This document shows positions 48,868 through 56,358 of a stretch of 64,000 bases of DNA, in pieces. Made by a program: the position numbers and the translations under genes. The notes below the pieces were generated by a model that was not told the DNA's origin, did no database searches, and saw nothing but the letters and a program-made list of their open reading frames with translations. The stretch's first letter is position 1. Each line of letters starts with the position of its first letter. The DNA is from Trueperaceae bacterium (GTDB taxonomy: Bacteria > Deinococcota > Deinococci > Deinococcales > Trueperaceae): NCBI GenBank assembly GCA_965213705.1, contig OZ243913.1:2144001-2208000 (forward strand), in the 5' to 3' direction.

Positions 48868-50378
48868 GCTGCCTCCTGTGGGGCTGGCCCAGTGGTTTCT
48901 TCGCGCAGGCGTTTGAGGTAGGTGTTGACGACCTTGCTCGCCTCAGCCCCGGCCCGCCAGGCGCGCTCGTTTTCCCCGGCGCTCTTTAAGGCAAGCTCCC
49001 AGGCTTCGCGCGTCACGGCGGTGATTTGCCCCAACCACCAACTGAACCGCTCCTCAAAGGTTTGAGTCTCGAAGCGCTCCAGCAGTTCGGGAAAGCGGGT
49101 CTCGAGCCTGCTCCAGTAGTGCATACTGGCGGGAAAGCTCGAGGCTAAGTTGCGAACATCTGCCGGGTCGGGTTTGCGTTCGCCGACGCTCAGTAACTTC
49201 TCCGCCAGGCGCTGCGTCGCGCCGTAGAGGGTGCGCCCGCCGTCGTCGGCGTACTCGAGCAGCCGCTTCATACCGGCGTAAGCTCCCGGTTGGAGGAGCA
49301 CCTGCGGTACATTGAACTGCTCGGTGCGCCACAGCACGATTTTGGCTTTGTCGTTGCTCAGGCCGGAAATTAATAGGGTGAGGGGGTCGCTGCGCTCGAG
49401 GACTGCGTACAGATTGCTCGCGTGTTTTACTGTCTGAGGCGCAAAAAACTTTTTGCCTTCAGGATCATCAGGATGAGGTATAAGTGCGTGAAAGTCCCGC
49501 CAGAATGCCTTGTATTTGTTGAAGGATACCGGCAGAAGCCCCCGCTTGTCGTCCCTGCGGTAGGCCAGCATGGGGTCGAGACTGCCTTCACTATCAAACT
49601 TGATTCCTGCCGCATAATGCAGCGCCGACACGGGCTTGCCTTCCTCGGGTTCTTGCAACTTAACGATGCGCGTCAGCCAGGTGTAACGCTCGGTGAGCCC
49701 TCTCGCGCCGCGCGGTTTGGCGGCTTTTACCGCCGCGCTCTTTGGTGTTCCTTGCTCCCAAATAGGCGCGTCATCCTCATTCGCCTCTTCAAAGTAAGGA
49801 ACGAGGTTGAGAACCAGTGTCTCGAACAGATTGCGACCTTGCGGCAGCACGAACGCCGCGCCGCCTGCCGGGCTGGGGCTGTAGCCCGCGCCCTCGGGGA
49901 TGGCGGTCATCTGCCGGGTCACGAGCAGTTGCGCGATTTCGGCGTGCGTCAACTCCGGCGGGTCGGCCTCCGCGGTGTGGTCGAAGAGGAGTTTGTTCGT
50001 GCCGCTGGCGAGTTCGGCTGCGAGCCGGGCGACCCCAGACACCTTATCTTCCGAGTCTGGCACCTGATAGAAGGGCCTTTCAGGGTGGAACAGGTCGAAG
50101 CGGTCTTGCCAGTGCTTGAGATAAGCGCCGACGCGCTCCGCCGGGAACCGACCCTGTTCGAACAACTCGACCCCTTCGTCGGTAGTGCGTGGCCCGTCCA
50201 GCGCCCGGTACAGCACAGCTAATAAAAAGCGGTGCAGCGCCGGGAGTACGGCGGGGGAGGAGTGGACTAGCCGCGCGTAGCGGTGGGCGTTTAACAAAAC
50301 CCCCTTTAGCGAGTCCTGGCCTAGCGAGCCGTCTGAGTTTTCGACCGGCAGCCAAGGTTCATGGACGAGGTTAAACAT
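48864..50378 (-). CDS. cas8e: Cas8e (Cse1/CasA)
   Basis: FNLVHEPWLPV, RFDLFHPERPFYQ, LFDH and GRNLFETLVLN motifs; AAGGAGG RBS. Confidence 0.95.
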   Translation of the reverse strand: MFNLVHEPWLPVENSDGSLGQDSLKGVLLNAHRYARLVHSSPAVLPALHRFLLAVLYRALDGPRTTDEGVELFEQGRFPAERVGAYLKHWQDRFDLFHPERPFYQVPDSEDKVSGVARLAAELASGTNKLLFDHTAEADPPELTHAEIAQLLVTRQMTAIPEGAGYSPSPAGGAAFVLPQGRNLFETLVLNLVPYFEEANEDDAPIWEQGTPKSAAVKAAKPRGARGLTERYTWLTRIVKLQEPEEGKPVSALHYAAGIKFDSEGSLDPMLAYRRDDKRGLLPVSFNKYKAFWRDFHALIPHPDDPEGKKFFAPQTVKHASNLYAVLERSDPLTLLISGLSNDKAKIVLWRTEQFNVPQVLLQPGAYAGMKRLLEYADDGGRTLYGATQRLAEKLLSVGERKPDPADVRNLASSFPASMHYWSRLETRFPELLERFETQTFEERFSWWLGQITAVTREAWELALKSAGENERAWRAGAEASKVVNTYLKRLREETTGPAPQEAA

Positions 50379-50435
50379 TTCGGCCTCCTTTCAAAAGTAG
50401 TGTAAGAGGGGGGTGCGTCATGTAGTGACGTCGCC

Positions 50436-50470
50436 AAAATAAAGAAGTGAGGCGCGGGATGCGCCTCACT
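50436..50470 (-). terminator. Intrinsic terminator upstream of cas8e
   Basis: AGTGAGGCGC-ATCCC-GCGCCTCACT followed by TCTTTATTTT on the minus strand. Confidence 0.85.
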
Positions 50471-50820
50471 ACGGCTAACGGTCTACGTCATTATCGAACG
50501 AGCTTGTCAGCATCAACTTTTGCCACTCTCCGTGTCGAAGGTTCAAGGCCGACTGAAAGTGGGGCCAGAACTTCCATAGCACGGGGCGGTCTCGCTCATC
50601 AACCTGGTATAGGCTGTCTCTAAAGGCTTGATAGGTTGCGTCATCTATGTCAAGCAGAGCACCACATCCTCACTTTGGTGAGAGGATGCCCTTCACGCTT
50701 GACCCCCACGTGACCAAGATTTAGAGCGGGGGTGGTAGATTAAGGTGAAGGACATATTCCTTCGGTGAAGAGCGAGATGACTATTGGAGTAGGAGTCTCG
50801 CTCTTCTCGTTTGCGGTCAC
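50436..50820 (-). ncRNA. Predicted ~380-nt structured transcript (CreT/CreP-like candidate)
   Basis: Bounded by a sigma70-type promoter and a terminator; several hairpins; contains a 20-aa ORF (50755-50693) and a 64-codon open frame (50669-50475) with no canonical start near its 5' end. Confidence 0.55.
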
Positions 50821-50826
50821 GAGCTT

Positions 50827-50888
50827 ACAGTAGCTCGAGTTCTTTCGAAAGTCAATGATATTTATCCTCTTGCAGAGGAGTTGTACTT
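50827..50888 (-). promoter_or_regulatory. Promoter with adjacent AAG-PAM protospacer for the mini-array spacer
   Basis: TTGACT (50855-50850), 17 bp, TACTGT (50832-50827); protospacer 50885-50861; PAM AAG at 50888-50886. Confidence 0.8.
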
Positions 50889-50908
50889 AACTTCATCAGG
50901 TGACGTCA

Positions 50909-50990
50909 AATATAAACCCCACATTAGTGGGGAAGTTTTTTACCTTATGCAAAGGACTTGTATGGTTCATCCCAACGTTGTCGGGAAAAT
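50909..50990 (-). CRISPR. Degenerate mini-array: two pseudo-repeats and a 25-nt spacer (creA/creR-like)
   Basis: Minus strand: ATTTTCCCGAC-AAC-GTTGGG-ATGAACCA, spacer TACAAGTCCTTTGCATAAGGTAAAA, AACTTCCCCAC-TAAT-GTGGGG-TTTATATT. Confidence 0.85.
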
Positions 50991-51051
50991 ACTTCATTAT
51001 CTATTCTACCCATAACCGTTGTACCTACGTGGTGCAGGACTATCTTTTGGG

Positions 51052-51450
51052 CTACCCTGTTACTCCCTCTGCTTTTTCATCGGGCTTTATGCTGAGCGGT
51101 TTTGGCGCGGTAGCTTCAAGCATTGGTACAAACAGCGTAGCGACCTCATCACGGGTCTCGGCATCTTGCAAGGTGATGTCAAGACGGCACCCTACCGCGT
51201 GGGCGTAGCGGCTGAGCACCTCGAGCGCTAATGCCGTACCCTCGACACTTTCAATCTGCGATACGCGTGGACGCGTCACGCCCATGCGCTCGGCAACCTC
51301 ACGCTGGCTCAAACCCTTAGCCTCACGCATAGCGCGCAGCGCCGCTCCAATCTCTTCGTTAGCGACCTCACGGTACAGAGCAGCGTAACCGGGGTCTTGC
51401 AAAAACTCTTTGCTTAGGTCGCTCGCTCGTTTCAAGGGACGTTTTGGCAT
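51052..51450 (-). CDS. XRE-family HTH antitoxin (HigA-like)
   Basis: LRAMREAKGLSQREVAERMGVTRPRVSQIE...L.RYA.AVG. Confidence 0.9.
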   Translation of the reverse strand: MPKRPLKRASDLSKEFLQDPGYAALYREVANEEIGAALRAMREAKGLSQREVAERMGVTRPRVSQIESVEGTALALEVLSRYAHAVGCRLDITLQDAETRDEVATLFVPMLEATAPKPLSIKPDEKAEGVTG

Positions 51451-51454
51451 GGCG

Positions 51455-51814
51455 TTACTCCTTGTTATATTCCTCGTAAGCTGCCAAAGCTTTCCTAATA
51501 AGCTTACGGTCAGCTTGGTTCTGCTGCTTCACCTCTCCCGCGGCGGCGATGAATATATTTTTGTCCTGTTGCCAGTAATAAATGCGTACGGCGTTACGTC
51601 CGGTTTTGCCGCGCAGTTCGTAAATCGGCCCATCTATATGACTGACGTAGGGAAACGACAGTGTTTTACCTTTGTCCTCGAGCAGCGCGATGAGCCAATC
51701 GACTTTCGCAGAAGCTTTAGGATTGGAGCGTCTAAGCACCTTGCGCCACTCCCGGAACTCGGAGTAACCGTTTTCGTCCTCGTACTCATAAACAATGTAC
51801 GGTGTAGAACTCAC
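51455..51814 (-). CDS. RelE/ParE-superfamily toxin (HigB/Gp49-like)
   Basis: LLEDKG..LSFPYVSHIDGPIYELR......RIYY..KQ motif; toxin gene precedes the antitoxin. Confidence 0.88.
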   Translation of the reverse strand: MSSTPYIVYEYEDENGYSEFREWRKVLRRSNPKASAKVDWLIALLEDKGKTLSFPYVSHIDGPIYELRGKTGRNAVRIYYWQQDKNIFIAAAGEVKQQNQADRKLIRKALAAYEEYNKE

Positions 51815-51915
51815 TACGTCCTCAATAGCATAGTAGTTGAAATAGTGGGGTTAGTCAAGGCTAACTTCCGCGCTTGCACAGCAAGCCCAGTTGTTTGTAA
51901 GGCTTCTGGGCAAAG

Positions 51916-54900
51916 CTACTCATACACAATTCCCAACGCATCGTCATAGCGAACAGTCAATTTCCCAACCACCGCCACCCCCCCCTCAAAAATGAGCGGG
52001 AAACAGTAGCGCAGCAGCGGCTGCTTCTGCCAAGCGGGTACTGGATGTTTAACAAGCTCGAACACAAGCCCTTTACGGCTCAGCTTGAGGTGTTGCAGAT
52101 AGAGGGTTCTCGCCGCTTGCCATGAGGGTTCCTTGTTCAACACGATTTCGGTTTCGTAGGAGGGCTCGAGGTAAAGCTTGTCATCCTTTTTGTGTAAGGG
52201 GATGACCGTGACGCTGGGATCGCCTAAACGGGTCATGGGCCGGTAATGTTCATGAATGCTGGGGTCTTCGTCGTCCTCCGCTAAAATATCTTTTGCGACA
52301 CCGTCGATACCTGCATAATCTTTGGGCAACGCTACTACAGTCTTATTATCGTGTGCCTTTCGTTTGTGAAGTTGCACCACCTCTTCTTGATTGGCGCGGC
52401 TTTGCTCAACCACCTCACGGGCAAAACCCGGCAGCGCCGTCACATCGGGCTCGCCGTATACGGCTTTGACAAGCGGCTCAAAGTCTTCAGGTAACGCAAT
52501 AACTTCCTTATCAGCCAAGGTCCACCACGTCATGTACAGAGTGAACGCTTCGTAAATTCGGTCGAAATATTCGCCGCTTTCGCCGCTGATGTCCGGGAGC
52601 GTCTCGGCGTCGGTCAGCCCTGCCACGTAGAGGACGGGCGACGCGTGGGTGGCGGAACGTTCGCGCTCGTGGCGGTGCATCCGTCCGGCACGCTGCAAGA
52701 GTAGATCGACAGGTGCTAAGTCACTCACCATCACGTCGAAGTCCAAGTCCAGGCTCTGCTCGACCACCTGCGTGGCGATGAGAATAGCTTTGGCTGGGCG
52801 CTCCCCATTCTTGCCGAACTTCTCCAGCACCGCTTGTTCTCGCTTTTGCCGTTCCGCCGCAGGATAACGAGCGTGAAACAAATAAACCTCGGTGTCGTCA
52901 GGCAAACGCTTTCCGGTCTCGAGACTTTCACCTTCTCCCAACAAGCTGTAAAGAGCCTGTGCCCGCTGCACTGTGTTTAGAATAGCCACCGCACAACCGC
53001 CGTCCGTTACTAAATTTGTGAGGAGGTTTGCGACTGTCTCGAGTCCCAAGCTGACCCTTTTCAAATCTATAGGCTTCTGCTCTCTCACCGAGAACGAATA
53101 CTCCTTGGTCTTTCCGCCCAGCACCTGCGTGATGCGCGGGTAGGAGACAGACTCCTCGGCCTCGCCACCCCCAAAAGCCTTGACTAAATCTAAACGCTTG
53201 GCGGCGGGCAACGTCGCGCTCATGATGATGACCGACGAGCCGAGCGCGTGCAGCCAGCGCACGAGGCGCTCGATGAGTTTGCTCGTGTAAAGCTCGTAGG
53301 CGTGAACTTCGTCTAAAACAACCGTGCGGTTGCCCAACCCCCACAGGCGGACAAACTGGTGCTTGATGTTGAGAACGCTCAAAAGCGCCTGGTCGACCGT
53401 GCCCACCCCGTTTTCAGACAGCAGCGCTCGCTTTTTACTTGTGAACCAGGTTCTGGCCCACACCTCGCCCTCTTTGTTGTCCACCCCATCTACATCCTTA
53501 ACTTGGATGGTGGCGTAAGCGTCGTTGAGCAGGCTTGCGCCGTGCAAAAGCTGCAAGTCGGGTGGCGCGTCGCGCTCGAAGGTGCCGAGCAGGTCTTTGG
53601 TGCGCTCGAACATGGCATTACCCGTTGCTTGTGTGGGCAGCGCCACGTATAAGCCTCGGTGTCCCAACTGCCGCTGTAAAGTGACGTGAGCGTAGAAGGC
53701 AGCCTCCGTTTTACCTTCACCCATCGGTGCTTCGATGATGATGAGGGAGGGTTTATGAGTTTTCTCAACAAGGTCGACGATGTGCGCCTGAAGACCGTTG
53801 GGCTCAAAAGAAAAAATGGTGTTGAAGGCTCGCGGTTCCGCCGCTAAAGGCTCACGGCGCTCCCAGCCTATCTTGTCTAGGGCCTTACGCGCTTTTAGCA
53901 GTGAATCGAGAAAGTGTTCTCGCAGATTTATTACTTTTCGGTCGGTAGGAAAAAAGTCGACCGTTGAGCCAATCCAATCGGCGAAGCTGGTCAAGCCTGC
54001 CAACCTGATAAAGCCTTGCCCTGTGAGTGCGGTGGTGGTCGGCGGCGAGATTTGAACGACTTCTACTGCTTTCAGGAACTCAGTTAGAACCTCCTGCCGG
54101 GTCTCTTGCCAAGCGTCGTCGCCCATATCTTGCTTTGGAATTACGTTGTCTGACAAGTCACCCTTTGCAGTTCGCAGGCCGTGATGTGCGCCTACGGCGT
54201 CGGCAACTTGAGCGACGAGATTCCTGCCTAAGCCGTAGGTTTTAAGTTCGGTCTGCAAGATTTTCTGTGAGAGTTTTCCGTGTGCAGTGCCCTTGTCACC
54301 CTTACTAAAAGTAAGCCCCGCCGCCTCGACCACCAGTCGTCCTGGTTCCCATTGCCGCTGGAAGGCCGGGGTCGCCTTGCCGATGTCGTGCAAACCGGTG
54401 AGCGCGGCTATCCACCGTTTAGCGTCGCCGGGCTCGAGCCCCAAATCCTCCGCGTAAAGCCGCAAAGTCTGCGGGGGTTCGCGCTCGAGCAACACTTGCG
54501 CCACCGCCGCCACATCCAACAGATGTCCCACGAGGCTGTAGCCCTGCTCGTCTTCGCCACTTTTGGCCCACAGGGCCGCCGCCTTTGCTGAAAGATTGGT
54601 CATGGGTTCAGTGTGTCCTTTTGGTGCGTCATTTACTGACGCGAGCCTCGTTTTTAGGTGGGGATGCTGTAAGGCGACGGCGCTGGCTTCACTCAACCAG
54701 CGTTCGCGCAAAGCTTTGGGCGCTAGAACGTCAACTCGTGGCCCCCAGCTTTGCACCCAAGGGAGAATTTCTCTTGGAAAGCCTGCGTTGTCGGTGCCCA
54801 CCTTGATTTCGACCTCGAGCGAGCCGTCCGCGAGTTCTTCTTTTAAAACCAAGTTGGGATAACCGCCTTCTCTAATACGCGCAGCAGCCTCTGGCTTGAA

Positions 54901-55617
54901 GCGCAGATACACCGTAGCAACCTCAGCTTCTTGCCCGCCCATCACGCCCCAGGCAGCGCTCAGATATTCACTCGGCACAAAGGTTTCAGGAACAATGTAG
55001 CTGGTTTCCAAAATCCGAACATCGCTCATCCGCGAGAGCTTGAAGGTGAGGACTCGGTCGAAGCTACATTCTTTGCCGATGGCGTACAAAGCCAAGTTGT
55101 CGCGACTGACCTCGATCAAATAAGTTTCCAGCTCGCGCCACTCTGCACGGTTGGGCTTGTCAGCCGTAGTGTATTTGAAACGCAGAACTCTGCTCTCAAA
55201 CCAAGCCCGCGCCACAAACTCCAAGGCTCGGTCGTCGCTGGAACGCACTTTCAGGTCTTGCGCACTTGCCGCCGCGATTCCCTTGGCAGGTTCGGGTAGC
55301 AGTGACGCCAGCTTCTCCAACGCCGAGCGGTAGTAAAGGTTTCGAGTGGGTGAGTGGTGATACAAAAGCCTTACCGCCGCGTGGACTGCAAGCCCTTCGA
55401 CAGCGTTGAGCGACGAACCCGTCGGCGTGAGACGGTGGCGGAAATCCTCTGAGGTTTCGATAGCACAACCGCTCTCACGCAGCGTCTGAATGTCGCGCTG
55501 GATGGTTCTGACCGGCACGCCGTAGCGCTGGGCAAGTTCCTTGATGGTGTACGGCTTTAGCCGCAACAGTTCAGGCAACTCCGCCAAGCGCCGAGCTTTA
55601 CTCTGCGTCCGCGTCAC
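51916..55617 (-). CDS. cas3: HTH-WYL-WCX regulator fused to Cas3 (HD nuclease + SF2 helicase)
   Basis: Residues 1-~315 carry HTH (ELAQRYGVPVRTIQRDIQTL), TFKLSRM and WVQSWGPRVDVLAP. Cas3 follows with LWAKS, HLLDV, LHDIGKA, HHG, APMGEGKTE, DEVH, SAT and QRAGRMHRH. Single uninterrupted frame. Confidence 0.93.
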   Translation of the reverse strand: MTRTQSKARRLAELPELLRLKPYTIKELAQRYGVPVRTIQRDIQTLRESGCAIETSEDFRHRLTPTGSSLNAVEGLAVHAAVRLLYHHSPTRNLYYRSALEKLASLLPEPAKGIAAASAQDLKVRSSDDRALEFVARAWFESRVLRFKYTTADKPNRAEWRELETYLIEVSRDNLALYAIGKECSFDRVLTFKLSRMSDVRILETSYIVPETFVPSEYLSAAWGVMGGQEAEVATVYLRFKPEAAARIREGGYPNLVLKEELADGSLEVEIKVGTDNAGFPREILPWVQSWGPRVDVLAPKALRERWLSEASAVALQHPHLKTRLASVNDAPKGHTEPMTNLSAKAAALWAKSGEDEQGYSLVGHLLDVAAVAQVLLEREPPQTLRLYAEDLGLEPGDAKRWIAALTGLHDIGKATPAFQRQWEPGRLVVEAAGLTFSKGDKGTAHGKLSQKILQTELKTYGLGRNLVAQVADAVGAHHGLRTAKGDLSDNVIPKQDMGDDAWQETRQEVLTEFLKAVEVVQISPPTTTALTGQGFIRLAGLTSFADWIGSTVDFFPTDRKVINLREHFLDSLLKARKALDKIGWERREPLAAEPRAFNTIFSFEPNGLQAHIVDLVEKTHKPSLIIIEAPMGEGKTEAAFYAHVTLQRQLGHRGLYVALPTQATGNAMFERTKDLLGTFERDAPPDLQLLHGASLLNDAYATIQVKDVDGVDNKEGEVWARTWFTSKKRALLSENGVGTVDQALLSVLNIKHQFVRLWGLGNRTVVLDEVHAYELYTSKLIERLVRWLHALGSSVIIMSATLPAAKRLDLVKAFGGGEAEESVSYPRITQVLGGKTKEYSFSVREQKPIDLKRVSLGLETVANLLTNLVTDGGCAVAILNTVQRAQALYSLLGEGESLETGKRLPDDTEVYLFHARYPAAERQKREQAVLEKFGKNGERPAKAILIATQVVEQSLDLDFDVMVSDLAPVDLLLQRAGRMHRHERERSATHASPVLYVAGLTDAETLPDISGESGEYFDRIYEAFTLYMTWWTLADKEVIALPEDFEPLVKAVYGEPDVTALPGFAREVVEQSRANQEEVVQLHKRKAHDNKTVVALPKDYAGIDGVAKDILAEDDEDPSIHEHYRPMTRLGDPSVTVIPLHKKDDKLYLEPSYETEIVLNKEPSWQAARTLYLQHLKLSRKGLVFELVKHPVPAWQKQPLLRYCFPLIFEGGVAVVGKLTVRYDDALGIVYE

Positions 55618-56038
55618 CCACCCTCTTTTCTCCCCCCTTTACCTCCCACAGCACCGTGACCCCTGCAAACTTCTCAAATTCCGAGTCACGGCTGACGAGC
55701 GGTAAGTCCTCGACCAGCGCCTGCGCCGCCAAAGCTCGGTCAAAGGGGTCGCTGTGCTCGTGGGCCAACTCTCCTTCTTTCAGCGCGTGAACGCTGCTGA
55801 AAGGCAAGTCCGTAAAGCTGTACTGCGCCAGGCGACGATGGTAGTTGTGCCACAAGGATTCAGCTTGGGGCAGTTTGCCAATCCGCACCTTGATAGATAG
55901 CTCCCAAGCGGTAATAGCTGAGGTGTACACTTGTCGGTCACGTTCACGGAGCAAGGCTAGAATGCTCTCCGGCAACATTTCAGGGCTTACGCTGTACCAC
56001 AGCAGCACGTGGGTGTCGAGCAAAACCCCTTTACTCAT
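55598..56038 (-). CDS. vapC: PIN-domain toxin (VapC family)
   Basis: LLDTHVLLW, SAITAWELSIK..IGKL, HSDPFDRALAAQA and LVSRD motifs; overlaps the start of WYL-cas3. Confidence 0.93.
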   Translation of the reverse strand: MSKGVLLDTHVLLWYSVSPEMLPESILALLRERDRQVYTSAITAWELSIKVRIGKLPQAESLWHNYHRRLAQYSFTDLPFSSVHALKEGELAHEHSDPFDRALAAQALVEDLPLVSRDSEFEKFAGVTVLWEVKGGEKRVGDADAE

Positions 56039-56046
56039 TGAGCGAC

Positions 56047-56301
56047 TTACTCATCGCTGCGCAGTTTGGGGTTGTGCCAAGCGTCCAGATTTTCCAATGG
56101 GCGCAAAGACTCTTCGACAAACGTCTCATCGACGTCTTGCCGGTCGAGACCGACCGGCCGCAACGCCCCCGGTCCCTCAACCGGCACGAGCCGCACGAGG
56201 GGTTTGCCGTTACGGGCCACGACGACCTCGTCACCGGCAAGAGCCTGCTCGATAAGTTTAGAGAACTGCGTTTTAGCTTCGTGCATGTTGACTTGGGTCA
56301 C
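56047..56301 (-). CDS. Phd/YefM antitoxin
   Basis: VNMHEAKTQFSKLIEQA.AGDEVVVARNGKPLVRLVP. Confidence 0.93.
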   Translation of the reverse strand: MTQVNMHEAKTQFSKLIEQALAGDEVVVARNGKPLVRLVPVEGPGALRPVGLDRQDVDETFVEESLRPLENLDAWHNPKLRSDE

Positions 56302-56311
56302 AGGAGCCTCC

Positions 56312-56337
56312 TAGTCCAGTTTAGCATAAGTGGACTA
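56312..56337 (-). promoter_or_regulatory. Inverted-repeat operator over an extended -10 of the phd-vapC-cas3 unit
   Basis: TAGTCCA-N12-TGGACTA enclosing TGcTAAACT. Confidence 0.6.
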
Positions 56338-56358
56338 AATAGCTGGGTGGCTAAGAAT

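Noticed and set aside
50670..50672. In-frame TGA as selenocysteine or read-through in the candidate toxin frame
   Set aside because: No SECIS-like element recognisable right after the TGA, and the upstream segment has no RBS.
50777..50833. 18-aa hydrophobic plus-strand ORF MTIGVGVSLFSFAVTSLQ as a type I toxin
   Set aside because: Weak SD and no plus-strand promoter seen; promoter, terminator and mini-array all point to the minus strand. Not fully excluded.
51015..51027. AGG-TACAAC upstream of the mini-array as a second target
   Set aside because: Only 5 seed nt match; too short to support.
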